Shown piece after piece: positions 22,064 to 35,385 of a stretch of DNA of 63,762 nt. Source of the DNA: Vicugna vicugna (taxonomy: Eukaryota); assembly GCA_013265495.1 (NCBI GenBank), contig PNXW01001427.1, positions 1-63,762 on the forward strand, read 5' to 3'. Below the pieces are notes generated by a model, which was given only the letters and a program-made list of their open reading frames with translations, did not search any database and had not been told where the DNA came from. The position numbers and the translations under genes are program-made. How positions within the stretch are numbered: position 1 is the first letter of the stretch; each line of letters begins with the position of its first letter.

Positions 22064-24388
22064 CTGAAAGACACAGGAGGCCTCAGTAATCAGTGCAAAG
22101 CTCTTATGAAGGGGACGTTCACCACCCAAATCCTAGGGCAAAATGGGAATCTGGACTGGGAGCCATCCTTACATAACTTTCTTTGGGAAAAAGCCAACTG
22201 CGCCCTGCAAGAGAACTCAAGTCACACCAAGAACTTTTTTCTAATGAGGGAGAGGAACAGAAACACACAAGATTAAAACATAAGATTAGAGCAGAGGAGC
22301 AAAGTGACAAGGCAGGCGAGAAGCAATCTGCAGGGTTCTTAAATGCTACACTTGGCTTTGCTATGACAGGTATTAAGGAGCCACTGTAAGCTCTCCAACA
22401 AAGAATAAAAATTGTATTAGAAAATGATTTGTCCAATTAAAGGAAAGGTAGACTTCAGAAGGAAGAGACAGTTGTAGGAATGTTGGCAGACTCTTGTGCC
22501 AGTCAGAAAGAAGGTCACTGAGTGGTCACAGGAGTGGCTGCAGAAATAGTGAAGGAAAACTCAATATAAAAGTCAGGGAAGAGAAAGAAAGGCATGCTTG
22601 GTATTGCTCATGGTAATTGGTGGTTTCTGAAGGGCCACAGTGTCTCAGTGAGGCCATCTTCATTACTAAGCAAGCTTTTAAGACAGAAAATTTTGTATCA
22701 CCAAGAAACTTGGTCTCACAACTGCCTCGCCAAGTAACCAGACTCCACATCCGCAGAGAGAACTTGAAGTCATGGTCAGGAAGTTGACTTGAATAATTAA
22801 AAATCATATTGCAGAGAAAATTGAAAATGACATGAGGAAACATTCATGAGATAATGTTAAGTTAAAAAGACAGAATAAAAAATATACATGCACAGAAAAA
22901 AAGAAAGAACATGCACTTAAATAGTAACAGGTTTACATATGTAATCATATATGTATATATAATCTAGTGGCTTTTGGAGGAACATTCTTATTCCAGTCCA
23001 GTTATCATGGACTCAGTGAATGTCCATATGTACATTCATTCAACAAATACTTTATTGAGCACACCCTCACAGTTTGTAAAGACTGGGGATACCCAGATGA
23101 CTGAGACACATGATCCCCTATATCAAAGAACCCGTGGTCTAGACGTAGAAACACACATACTCAGAAATAATTACAATACAATGTCTTAAGTGCTACAACA
23201 GGCTAGGAACAAAGGACTGCAGGGCCAAAGAGAATGGAACAAAGAAATTTTGCCCAAAGAAGGTAAGGAAGGCTTCTCAGAGAAGGAGATAAGTGAAATG
23301 GGTCCTAAAGGATGATCAGGAGTTTGCCTGGTGAAATGAGTGGTCTTGGTGACAGTTTGATACAGTTCTCACTGATTAGACTTTGAAAACCATTTTCTAA
23401 AGACAAGTTTAAGACAAACTAGTAACTCTCTGACTTGATTTTTCTATTGCTTCCTGTTGGAAATTCCTCATTTTATGTGGTCATAGGTAGCCATCTCTTA
23501 CCTAGCATATTAGGCATTCTTCTTATAGCTCTGTAGAGTGAGAACGCTGACAGCTAAGTGACACAGTCAGGCAAAGGGGCCACAAAAGTAGCTTTGGAGG
23601 CCTAATTCCATGGAACTCTGCTGTAAGTCCATCTTCATTAGGCCCTCCTTCCCCTCCAAGATTTTTCCACTCACATACATTGTACAGATGGGGCAGCCAT
23701 GGAGGTAGTCAGGCTTACAAGGTGACACTGCAGGTACCAGGCTATGTGGTGTGATTCCAGGGACACCAGGAGAGATGTCTGCCTCCAAAATACTACCACT
23801 ACTTGCATCTGATGCCTAGATTATGTTAATACCCAAAGACTTTCATTTCATGATGGACGTGCAGGCTGAACATGTATCTATCTCTATTAGGACACATGGG
23901 ACATTGGCAAATTTATTCCAAAGTGTGAAGTTGCCTGGGGCATTGATGGGGGAAGAGAGATAGATATGATACAAGATTAGGGATGGCTTGGGGGATAGCT
24001 TCAGGCATTGTGTGTCTGAAAGTGAGGAGATCGATGTCCTAAAAATGGATTCATTAATTTATTCAATAATTATTATTGAGCATCAGTGTCATGCCCTGAC
24101 CTTCAGATGACATCATTCATATTGTATATATTCTGTGTGATTGTTGATTCCTGGAACTGTGCAGTGCAGCAGCCCTGGATCTAGTTAGTGTATGCCAGGC
24201 TTTGACAATTTTACCTGAGACCTACTTGTAACTAGGACTACAATTCTGATATCATTTATTGGGACCACAGATCATCTCATCTTAGTTTTAAACCCCAGGA
24301 ATATTAACCTCTGGCTCTTCCCAAGTCTTTCAAGGTCTTTTGTTTTACCCATTATTGATAACTTCCCTCTTCGCCTTCACCTACTCAC

Positions 24389-24643
24389 CTACGTGGACTT
24401 CCAGGTGCACTGGGTCACTGAGTGCGGAGAGGCTTGTCTGACACTTGTATTCTCCACTGTCTTCAACGTTAGCTTCTATGGTGAAGCTGGAGGCCTGGTT
24501 TGAGATGAAGCTCCCGTTGTGCCACCACTTTGTGGAACTGTCTCCAAGAGCGTAGTCCCCCAGACACTTCAGAGTCACAGTGTCATCCTTGAGTACCTGG
24601 TCCCACTGAGGATCTAGGAGCACCACAGCCTTTGGGAGATCTG
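24389..24643 (-). CDS. FCGR3A: FCGR3A exon 3 (EC1 Ig domain)
   Basis: tcctcag acceptor, gtgagt donor, 255 nt; [14 protein letters not shown]...VTLKC...[24 protein letters not shown]. Confidence 0.95.
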
Positions 24644-24994
24644 CTGAGGAGTCAAGAGAATGTAGAGAAGGGCAGGGGAATGATCTGGTCCCACACTGGC
24701 ATTCCCAGGGAGGCTCAAAGCCCATCGCAAACCCAGGGTTGGCAACTCTGCCTTAGTATGGGACTCTGTCTGAGCATCTTGGCTTGAAGACACTTGGCTC
24801 CATTCTTGGCCTCTCTTTATCTTGAGGAAAATTGACCAGAAGAGCATAAGGTCAAGCCCCATTGTGTTGAGGGAAGCATCCCTGCCAACCCCACATCAGC
24901 CGTTTTCCATGCAATAAACATTCCCGAACACCCTGTGGCTATTACGCATTTATGTGCCTCCTTTGATCAGTCTAAAACCATAATGCAAACTCAC

Positions 24995-25015
24995 CAGCTT
25001 GAGTGCCAGCTGAAA
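24995..25015 (-). CDS. FCGR3A: FCGR3A exon 2 (21-nt signal-peptide mini-exon)
   Basis: ttacag|TTTCAGCTGGCACTCAAGCTG|gtgagt encodes VSAGTQA. Confidence 0.92.
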
Positions 25016-25671
25016 CTGTAAGAAAAAAGAGTGAAACAAATATTGAGTAGAAGCAGAGATCAAGGTGACTGGAGTGTGGACTGAGATTAAACTCCCCTGC
25101 CTACCTCTGCCCTGGGAGGCTAGTATTCCTAAGAATCAAGATAAATGTAGTGAATTGTTCTCCCCTTGCCTGCTCTCTGGTCTGCAATGTCTGGGCCTCC
25201 TACTCCATGGTCCCCCCAACTCCCTGTTTTCAACACCATTCTCTTACTCCTTGGTCCCTGTTCAAACTCCCAAATTAAAGGTACAGATTGAATATCCCTG
25301 AATCAAGTCATAGACACAACCTCAACCCAACTCCCCTGGAAAAGGAAGAAATTAAAAGTCTTAGAGAGGAGCACTGGAATGTCAGAATGGGAAAGACAGA
25401 CCTTAAGGACCATCTAGTCCATAGTCTTCAATTTATGATGAAACTGAGACCTCATGTTCCCCTTCACCTCCTGATTATGCTCTCAAATCAGAGCCAGCAT
25501 TCTCCACATCTCTAACCCCCATAGCTTTGTCCTAGGAGCTAAATCTAAGTCTACAGATGTGGTGAGGGGCCCTATTCCTTGGTAGGAGACCCACCCCTGC
25601 CCTGAAAAGGGATCTCTGCTGAACCCAGGGCATCTTGAGCTTCTCTCCCAGCCAGGGTGAATCTGACTTAC

Positions 25672-25711
25672 CCAGAAGCAGCAGAGCTGTTGATAGTAGC
25701 AGCTGCCACAT
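25672..25711 (-). CDS. FCGR3A: FCGR3A exon 1 coding part (signal peptide)
   Basis: ATG at 25711; MWQLLLSTALLLL followed by a gtaagt donor. Confidence 0.93.
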
Positions 25712-25777
25712 GCTGTGTGTTAGAGCAGACAAGTCACCACTGATATCCGGAGCCCTACAGGGACCTAGCTGACTTGA

Positions 25778-25845
25778 AGAGAGGAAGTAACAGCCTTTAT
25801 CCCAACCCCTCAGCCCATTACTTCATCGGTTTCCCTTTCCGGGAA
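25778..25845 (-). promoter_or_regulatory. FCGR3A proximal promoter motifs (PU.1/ETS box, GAS)
   Basis: GAGGAAGT 25781-25788 and TTCCGGGAA 25837-25845, 70-135 nt upstream of the ATG. Confidence 0.6.
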
Positions 25846-26625
25846 CATCATCTGACTCTAGAATCTGAACTCTGCCGTATGAGCCCTCACTTCTCAGGTG
25901 GATCCACCCAGTGCCACGACCAAGACAACATGACCCTGGGAATGAGACTTGCAAGGGAGAGCATTCCCCAGGGGGTCTTTTGTTCTACCTCAGAACTTCT
26001 CACTCTCCTGCTTGGCCCAGACCCAGCTCCCTCCAGCCAGGGCTTGTCTACAGAAAGTAGTCATTTAAATCTTTAGACCATTAGATGTGTCACTCACCCC
26101 AGTATTATCTCCACCAACATTTTCTTTCAAAATTCAAAATGCATAGGATCTATAATCCACAGGAGCTACTAACTTCTTAGTGTGAATTTGATCATGAGAT
26201 TTGCATCCCCTGCTGAAAGAAACACAAGTAGTGGTAGGCAGGTGGGCTCTGGGAGGAAGAGATACCATCGAAAAGTTGGAAGGAACACAAAAAGGGTAGG
26301 GGAAGGAAGAGGGCAAGGTGAGGAAAGGATGGAAGAACTTCACCTTCACCCCAGTGTTACCAAGACTGTGCTGGGCCACAGTAGTTCAGGTTAGCTTGGG
26401 CCCCTTAGGGACCCCCTGGGCCCAAGCTGGTCTGTGAGCCTTGCAGTCTGGGTTCCAGGACTCCTTAGCAGAAGAGATGGAGGTGCAGGGTCAGGAAGTG
26501 GTAAGACTGCTAACCTCTTCTCCTTTTTCTAAATACCTCCTGACAGTACATACACACCCATTCCCTCCCCCTGCCCTTTGTTTGCTCTTACATCAGCCCA
26601 GGTCTTAGAAAATCACATACTTAAA

Positions 26626-26755
26626 TTTTTTTTTTTTAATTTTAGGAGTAGATAATTAAGCTTACTTATTTATTTCTAGAGGAAGTACTGGGGATTGAAC
26701 CCAGGACCTCGTGTATGCTAAACATGTGCTCTACCACTTGAATTATACTCTCCCC
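26626..26755 (-). mobile_element. tRNA-derived SINE (camelid Vic-1-like)
   Basis: Reverse complement has a GGGGAGAGTATAATTCAAGTGGTAGAGC...CCTGGGTTCAATCCCCAGTACTTCC head and an A-rich tail. Confidence 0.8.
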
Positions 26756-27849
26756 TACTACAGACAGAAATCAAATGGCAGTGCTTGGCCATGTTACTCC
26801 CACAGCAGGTTCCTAGACATCTGGGACAACTCTCACTTGGAAAAGCCTTGGAAACGCCCAGGAGACGAACAGCAGACAGATGTGGCCAAGTGATATTTGG
26901 AGGCAGAGGCTGACACACTGCTTTGGATCGATTCCCTTTTCCTTTCCAGAGTCATATAAAAACCACTTCAATTCGAAAAAACAAGTTTCGATTTTTGTTT
27001 TGTTTTGCTCCTGTGTAGAGTTCATCAAATCTTCCCCCATTCCCATCCTCCCCACCCTCCATCAGCTGTTCCTGCAGCAGCCCCTCCCCGACAGGCCCTT
27101 GGAACAGATGTCTGATTAGAAAGCACAATGGAAACCAACCAAGCAGCCATTCTAGTGTTTCATCTCAAGTGATTTATTTACATCTTGCAAAATCCAGAAT
27201 AGTATCCGAAAACTTCAGGCTCCAGCCTGTAGCACTTCAGTTTATCTGGGAAAACGGAAGCAGAAAGAGTGCCTTCAGGGCTTTCTGTGGCTTCTGGGGT
27301 GAAAGGTGGCTGTCCCTCGGCCCTCTCTGTTGTTCATTATTACCAAAGTGATTTCTGCCATATAATGTGGTGCAAGGCATTCACTTTAGCTTTCCTTCTT
27401 TGAGGTTTTATTTCCTTCTGGACGCATCTTCCGTCTGTGGACTTCAGATGGAGGGAGGAATTGTCGACTGCAGAGAGGACAGGATAGACAAATAGAAGAG
27501 GAAGGGAGAACACTGGAGGATCGCAAAAGAGTGGGAAACATTCTGCAGGTTTTCATGAAGCACTTATTGAATCATCCTCAAATTGAGTATTGTTGGGGTG
27601 ATAAGGGTTAATTTTACAGAGATAGTAAATGGAAATTTTTTAAAGAAAATGGGCTTGGTGTATCTTGTACTGGAGTGTTTGCCTTCATGCTTGGTTTTTT
27701 TTTTCTTTTTCCCTTCATTCTTTTCTTTACTCCCTCCTTTCTTCTCTTCCCTCATGTTGAAATGACAGCCACAGCATGAGGTTCTGAGATTACAGAGGTT
27801 GATCAGTTGATCAGTTACCATCCCCTGGGATTTATAGTTTCTTAGAGGG

Positions 27850-29700
27850 AGACTACCCGATAAGCATGTGAAGTGCTAAAGGGACTATGAGAGAATTTGT
27901 GAAAATCTGTGTGTGCACAAAGAAGGCAGTGGCTATATTTATCTGGGGGAGGAGTCCACGTGGAAGAGAGAACACTTTAATTGGATCACAAGAGATAATT
28001 GTGTGTTCAGCAGGAAGGTTTTGGGAAGAAATAGACATTTCAGGGAAAAGGAGCAGCCTGAGCAAAGACTTGGCGTGAAACAGGCTGGCATGTTTGCAGA
28101 GCTGGATATAGCACCACAAGATTCCAGAAGACTACAAAGGAGAAGCACAAGCTCCTAAAGGGTCAAGAGGGCTGGATTTCAGATGAGTCTGGTACGGAAT
28201 CTGAACTTTAGTACTTACTTAACCTGTCTAGGTCTCAGTTTCCCTATCTGTAAAATAGGACTAACAAAAATGGTACTAACTCCAAGGAGTTCTTGTGAGG
28301 CTTAAATGAAATAATGCATATGAAGTTGTTGATTCCATATCTGGAACCACACCTGCTGATGACTATTAGAAGTGCAATAAATAGAAGTGAGGGTGTCCCT
28401 GGTTTTCTGACTTAAGTTTTGACACTCCCATCTCCTGTACTCCTTTAGGAGCTTGTGTTTCTCTTTTGTAGTACTCCTCATATTTATGGACTTTTAGGTC
28501 TTTGAGGTCAGGGAATCTGTTCCTCTTGTTCATCACTGTATCACCAGTATTTAGCACAGTGCCTGGAAAGGACTAGGCACTCAATATTTATCAGGTGATC
28601 ACGAAGGACTCTGTATATCATGGTGAACAGTTTGTGCTTTCTTGAACTGCTATCAGGGTAATTTTTGCAAAATGTAAAATGATCATCAAGTTTTTAAGCT
28701 GTGGAATGGCATAGTCCAAGAAATAAGTTGGAGGAGAGAGAGATTGAAGGTGGAGGGAAAATTTGGGAAGTTATTTTAACAGTCTAGCTGAGAGATAGGA
28801 GATTATCTATTAAAGAAGTGAAAATGCAATGGAAACAGTTAGGAGAGATGTTAAGAAGGTAAAATGGACAGTATTTGGATGAGTGATTGGCTATGAGAAG
28901 TGATGGAGTAGGGGGGTAGGTAATGCTCAACTTTCTGATTTGGGTGGTCAGGAGAATGGTGACATATTTTATGGATGTCAGAAATAAAAACGAACAGGCT
29001 TTCAGAGAGGGAGATAATGATCTCAGCTTTGACATTATTGAGTTGGAGGTTGGTGGTGATTTTAGGTGGTGATGCCAAGTAGGCAGTTGGACATATGGCT
29101 CTGGAACTCAGAAGATAGTTCTGGATGAAACAAAATTTAGAAAGCACCAACATGGTTGATGTTTTAAACTTTTGATAAAAGCTTTAGGCCCTCCCCAAAA
29201 GAAAATGCAAATATACACACCATTTTCCTTGCAATTTAAGAAACTCCATGTGAAACCCATCCAGAGATCCTAGGTTAAGATGAAGTACGAATAAGATCTC
29301 TCTGACTATAAGCATATTGAGTGAGAAAAAGGGGAACAGTGAAGGAAAGGAAAGAGAGGAATGTCGGGGGAAGAGGAGAGGATCAGTGACAGAAACTTAG
29401 CACTCAGCAATTTTGACAGTGTATAAAGGAAGAATACCTGACAAAGGAGATTGGGTAGGGGAGGCTAAGGAAGAGAGGAAAACAGGGCAGCTTAAGGAGG
29501 ACTGATCTTTAAGGAGGGAGAAGTCAATGGTATAAAATGCTGAAGAAAATTCCAAGGAAGTTCTTTCAATGTGGCGATCTAGTACCTATTCATGACCTTT
29601 GTCATTTCAAGGGCTGGGGTTGAAGAACAGAAGCTTGATAACTTTTGGTTGAAGATTGAATAGAAATGAAAAAGTGTTTTAATGAATTGAAGAATCTCCA
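27850..29700. mobile_element. Cluster of L2 fragments with a nested MIR and a short opposite-strand L2 end
   Basis: gcaaagacttggcgtgaaacaggctggcatgtttg; gatctcagctttgacattattgagttggagg; MIR at about 28190-28350. Confidence 0.55.
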
Positions 29701-29873
29701 CTATAGAAGCATGTTGTCCTGGCTGTTCAGGATCCAGTTCCCTCCCACTTCTTATTCACATCTCATTCTCCCTCGGGGAAGCCCCAGTGTGAGGAGTCTT
29801 AGCACAAAGTGGTGATTGCTTTTTACTACAGAAACAAGGGGTCCAGATTTTCCTTTTCCCCACCTTGGCCTGG

Positions 29874-30252
29874 TGTTACGGGCCACATTGTGCCTCCCCC
29901 AAATGTATACGTTGAAGTGCTAACACCCAGTACCTCAAAATGTGACCAGATTTGGAGACAGGGCCTTTAAAGGAGTTATTAAGTTAAAATGAGGTGGACT
30001 GGGAATACTTCTAAAAAGAGATTAGCACACAGAAATGTGTAGATGGAAAACCATGTGAAGACACAAGGAGAAGATGGCTGTCTCTAAGCCAAGGAGAGTA
30101 GTCTCAGAAAACAAAAACACAAAAAACCCCCAACCCTGATGACACCTTGATCTCTGACTTCTAGCTTGCAGAACTGTGGGAAAATAAATTTCTGTGGTTT
30201 AAGCTCCTCAGTCTGTGGTGCTTTGTTATGGCAACCTGAACTGATTAATACA
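29874..30252 (+). mobile_element. MaLR solo LTR (MLT1B-like)
   Basis: tgttacgggccacattgtgcctcccccaaat ... cagaactgtgggaaaataaatttctgtggtttaagc ... taataca. Confidence 0.8.
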
Positions 30253-30612
30253 GAAAGTCAAAGAGCAGGCGTGTGACCTAGCCTTGGCCAATTTGTATTT
30301 TCTGGGATGTCAAATTCTGAATAAGTAACATGTATTCATTTATAAGGGAGAGGGATGGTTAAATCCCAGTTACCACAGCAGTGGGATAAGCTGACCTGCC
30401 TCCAATTTCCATCTAATAAATATTTTTCTTTTACTGAAAATTTTACTCTTTTTAAACTTTACTTTTTTTTAAAACTTTACTTTTTAAAAAAAATTTAGAT
30501 TCTGATACAGTTGCTTATAATCAAGAGCCCTGAGTGATACAGTAAGAAATGAGAATCAGAAGATGGTAAGTAGAGGGGATCAAGGAAAGAAAGGGAGATT
30601 TTGTTTTGTTTT

Positions 30613-30987
30613 GTTTCTTTTTTATTTTATTTTATTTTATTTAGTTTTTAATTTTTTAAATTTTTTTTTATTGAGTTATAGTCATTTTCTAATGTCGTGT
30701 CCAATTCCAGTGTAGAGCACAATTTTTTAGTTATACACACATATATTCATTGTCACGTTCTTTTTTGCCGTGAGCCACCACAAGATCTTGTATGTATTTC
30801 CCTGTGCTATACAGTATAATCTTGTTTATCTATTCTACATTTTGAAATCCCAGTGTGTCCCTTACCACCCCCCACCCTCTTGGCAACCACAAGTTTGTAT
30901 TCTATGTCTATGAGTCTGTTTCTGTTTTGTATTTATGTTTTTTTTAAATTAGATTCCACATATGAGCCATCTCATATGGTATTTTTA
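30613..30987 (-). mobile_element. Young lineage-specific L1 3' end with TSD
   Basis: TSD agattttgttttgtttt on both sides. Body ttattgagttatagtcatttt ... ccagtgtagagcac is shared with the copies at 20645, 35386 and 53812. Confidence 0.8.
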
Positions 30988-32589
30988 GATTTTGTTTTGT
31001 TTTAAGTGAAAGATTTGAACTTGCTCACAGGTCTTTGGGAAGACGTCAGTAGAATGGGAGAAGCTGGATTCATGACAAGAAGGGAAAACCTGATGAAGCA
31101 AGTGTAGATCTTCAAGACATGGGAATAAAACATGGGTGGAGACTTGGTTCTGAACTGGTTATGCAACATCTCTCCCTCTGAGCTATAAGGAGGTGGTGAG
31201 GAATATGTATATGCAAATCAGTTTTCAGATATTGAGTAAGAATGTTGAAGTACTTTATATCTGATTGCCCTGATTTCCTGGGTCAGGAGTCAGTCATTTA
31301 CTGAAAAAAGAGGAGGTGAAGGTGATAGTAGGAGACTTAAGGGTACCAGAGGAGGTTTAGAATGGTCATTATGGTGAATAGGAGAAGGAGAAGGAGCTGA
31401 CAGTTTACATGTAAAAGGATTGCCAAGCAATGCCAAGGGCCCAGCAGGGGTTGAAGGTTATGGATTTGTGGCCAGGCCAGTTCTCAGTGTTGGTAACTTT
31501 TCTTCAGCAGTGGTCAGGCCATCTACTCTCTGACTAGCTTGCTGAGTGCAGTCCTGAGCAGGAGCTCAGCTGGTTATGTGTTATGGGAAGGATACTGTTT
31601 GAGGAGGAAGGAAATTCAGGTTTTGGTTTCAGTTTGACAGAGACTAGCTGTCTAGCCACTTCTCTTTTCTAAACCTCTGTTTCCTCGTCTGTAAGTGAGG
31701 TAATTGAGCCAGATTTTGTCTAGTTCTTTCCATCTTAAATATTCTATAGTTTTGAATGCTGGCTCCCATCTGTAATTTCTAGACATTGCGGAAAGTAGTA
31801 AACTTTGTCTTCTAAAAAATCCTAATAAAGGCCATTGGACTATTTTGGAGACCCCAAAGAATTTTCTAACAGAGCTAGCAAATTAATAGTTCTAATTAAA
31901 AGTTAATTATAAGAATTGAACTAATGCTTTCTTTCTCTTCCATGCAAACTAGTCAGAATTTACTAGGAAAATAAGGGTGACACAAAAAGAAACCTTAGTT
32001 TTGAAAAGGAAATGGAAATACTGTTTTGTTTTGTTTTTTATTAGTGCCATCCCTTCATCAGTGGGAGTATAAGAGCTCAGAACCATTCCTAGAGATTCAT
32101 TCTTGTTCCTCTCACCTATGCTTTGTGTCAGTGCTTTAAACAATTTTCTGTTTGAAAATACACACATGACCTGTAATATATTCATACTATAAATAAGTGA
32201 AACAATTCGGAAGTAAATAAAGTAAACGTGATATTCCTTTCCCCAGTTTCACTCCTCAGGGGGAAGTTTGTCATCGTTCCAGAACTTACCCTATACATTC
32301 ATATTCATGTAAACACACATCTACTCATACAGATTTATATTTTGTTCATTTTTGTTGTTATTGTTTACATATTATGTTATGTGATTATTCTGCAACTTGA
32401 TTTTTTTAAACAATAATTCCACATACACATAGGGACACAAATGCACACACCACTCAGTATTTTCACATTTTTAGTTGAAGAAAAAACATTAAAAAATATT
32501 TGTTTTTGAGGAACGTGTGGAAAGGAAGAGATGGTGTTAATCCTTTGACTTTCTTGTGTCCTTAAAAGATTCATTATCAGCATTAGAAC

Positions 32590-33290
32590 AGGGCTTTCTC
32601 CTATACAGAGGTTGCCTACTTCACAGCCACTTCTCCCTTTGCTCCTTCCTACCGAACATGATTTTGTTCAGGTATATGGTGGCCATGAGCTTTAGGGAAG
32701 GCTAGACCTTTCCCCAGCCCCAGGAGGTGATTTTTGGTTCATCTAAGTCAGCAGTCCCCAAATCTGAGTTGTATCAGAATCAATGAAGGGCTTGTTAAAG
32801 TACAGATTAGTGGGCCTCACTCAGATTTTCTGATTCTGGTGGGGCCCCAGAATTTGCATTTCTAACAGATTAGGATATTGATGGTGCTGGTCACATTTTG
32901 AGAACCAAGTCCCTTGTCAGTGATTGACTCAGGACTGAATGTGTGCTTAAGTTTTTGACAATGAAACTTCAGGAGCAATCTGCTAGGAGGAAATTCTGGG
33001 GCACAAGAAGTAATGAACTCTCTGTCAGTCTTTAAACATGGTAATGTTTAAGGATGTGATGCTAGAAGCTGCTGCACCATCTTGCCTCCAAGAGGGAAAT
33101 GATAGCAAAGCAAAGAGAGGGAAGTATCTGGTCTACTGATGACATAATTGAGTTATAGATAAACCAGCCCTGGAACTGCACTATCTTCAGACAACTTGAT
33201 ATGTGGGATAGCAAAATAGTTCTTGTTGTTTAAGCCATCTGAGAGGAATTTTCCGGTACCTGCTGCAGAAAGTCACGTAAATGATACTTA
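32590..33290 (+). mobile_element. Old MLT1-type LTR with a nested MER5A (~32750-32905)
   Basis: gatgtgatgctagaagctgctgcaccatcttg ... ttgtttaagcca ... tgatac; MER5 text cagtccccaaa ... catattttgagaacca-like. Confidence 0.55.
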
Positions 33291-33349
33291 CACCTCTCTC
33301 ACAGCCCAGGGAGACTCCTGGTGATATAGTTGCAGAGAAATTTACCTAA

Positions 33350-35210
33350 AGCCAGATTTTGAACATTTTTAGGTTGTTTCTAATTTTCATTATTTCTAAC
33401 AATGCTGCAAAGAGCAACACTATTTTTTAAAATACATTTTGGCACATTTCCAAAGGCCATTTTCCCAGAAGTGAAATTACAATGTCATAGGTAAGCATGT
33501 TTCTTACCTTTTGATAGTATTTCCACATTTCTTTCCAAAACAATTGTTTTAATTTATACTACATTCAGAAATCTATGTGAATGTACTTAATCACATTCTT
33601 TTTCTTGTCTTAGGTAGTTTAGTAGATGAGAAATGGGGTCTTGTCATTTTAATTTGCATTTCTTTGATTACTAGTGTTTGAACATTTCCCATGTGTTTGT
33701 TTATTAGTTGCATTTCCTCTTTCATATTTCTAATAAGTGGAAAGCATTTACCACAATGTCTGTCACACTTAGCCATTTACTATTGTTTAACCAAAGGTTT
33801 TTGGGTTTCTCTGTTGATATCCCTGCCCTTGCCTGTTTATCAGGACTCTGTATTTTTCTCATTAATTGTTTTTATACTAAAAAATACCTCTTCTGGGGAG
33901 ATGTAATTAAACAAATTTTTTTTCCAGTTTGCAATTACTTGTTTATTTTGTCTTGATTTCAGTTTTGCATTATTCAGAAATTTAAAAGTTTTGTGAGGGT
34001 CTCTTCCTTTGTATTTTTTGCTAAGTTTAGAAATCTTTCTTTCTTTGGAGAATTTGATTACGATTCAGTGCTATTGTATTCTAGTTTTCTATAGCTTGAT
34101 TTTCTGGTTCACGCTATGGCCCTTATGAAATCTATTTGTCTGTATTCTGAGAGACGTTGTCTACCTAATAACTTGCCTTATTGATACTTCCAAGTTCCTG
34201 CCTTTTAGCTCCCTACTTAAAAAAAAATTGTTTAAAATTAGCATAAAACTATGGATTAATTAGCTCATGATTTAAGATTAAGACTCTATACCTCTAAATT
34301 GGATTATATGCTCTTTAAATATTAAAAAAAATTGGTAAAAAACCCCCACAACATTAAATTTACTTTCTTAACCATTTTTAAAAGTATACAATTCAGTAAT
34401 GTTAAGTCTATATCACATTGCTCTGCAACAGCTCTCTAGAACTTCTTTATCTTGCAAAACTGAAACTCTATACCCATTAAACACTAATTCTCCCTCTCCC
34501 CTCTTCCAAGACCTTGGCAACCACATTTGTTCTTTCTGTTTCTATGGTTTTGACTACTTTAGATACTTCTTATGAACAGAATCATATTTGTTCTTTTGTG
34601 ACTGCCTTATTTTGCTTAGTATGATGTCCTTGAGGCTCATTCATGTTATAGCATGTGAGAAGATTTCTCTCTTTTTAAAGGCTGTATAATATTCTATTGT
34701 ATTAATACTACATTTTCTTTATCTATTCATCTTTTGATGAACATTTGAGTTGTTTCCATATCTTGGCTACTGTAAATAATGCTGCAATGAACATGGGAGT
34801 TCATATATCTCTTCAAAATCTTGCTTTGAATTCTTTTGTATATATACCCAGGAGTGGAACTGCTGGATTGTATATAGTTCTATTTTCAATTTTTTGAAAA
34901 ACCTCCATACTGTTTCCATAAAGACTGCACCATTTTACATTCCCACTGACAGTGCACAAAGGTTCCAATTTCTCCTCATCCTTGCTAACACTTGTTATTT
35001 TCTATTCTTTAGATAGTGACCAACCTAATAAGTGTGATGTAATATCTCATTGTGGTTTTGGTTTGTATTTATCTAATTATTAGCAATGTTGAACATCTTT
35101 TAATATACTTGTTGGCTATTTTTATATCTTCTTTGGAGAATTGTCTATTCTTTTGCATGCTTTTAAATTGGGTAATTAATTTTTTTGATTACTGAGTTGT
35201 AAAAATTTAG
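33350..35210 (-). mobile_element. Two L1 3' fragments (older ~33350-34090; L1MA/MB-like ~34350-35210)
   Basis: Reverse-strand L1 ORF2 C-terminus and 3' UTR text (ttttaatttgcatttctttgattactag; aataatgctgcaatgaacatgggag). Confidence 0.7.
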
Positions 35211-35385
35211 CTTTCTACTTTTTAATTTTCCTTAGAAAATATATCAAAGAGGTGATATAGAAATGTGAAGTGCTTGTTCCTTTTTTTTTTTCCATATTAC
35301 CAACTTTTTTTCCATATACCCTTTCCTTCTGGTTAGGATTTAAATTTAATACAGAAGCACCTTTGGAGAGAAATAGATAAACATT

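Larger units (their letters stand above)
19869..25711 (-). other. FCGR3A: FCGR3A (CD16) gene span: CDS join(25711-25672, 25015-24995, 24643-24389, 22063-21809, 20047-19869), 750 nt, 249 aa
   Basis: Five exons with GT-AG phase-1 introns, in frame with no internal stop; S1/S2/EC1/EC2/TM-C structure as in human FCGR3A. Confidence 0.95.

Noticed and set aside
26680..26755. tRNA-Ala-like cloverleafs here and at 43120, 52920 and 54890
   Set aside because: They are SINE heads with A-rich tails and TSDs, not tRNA genes.
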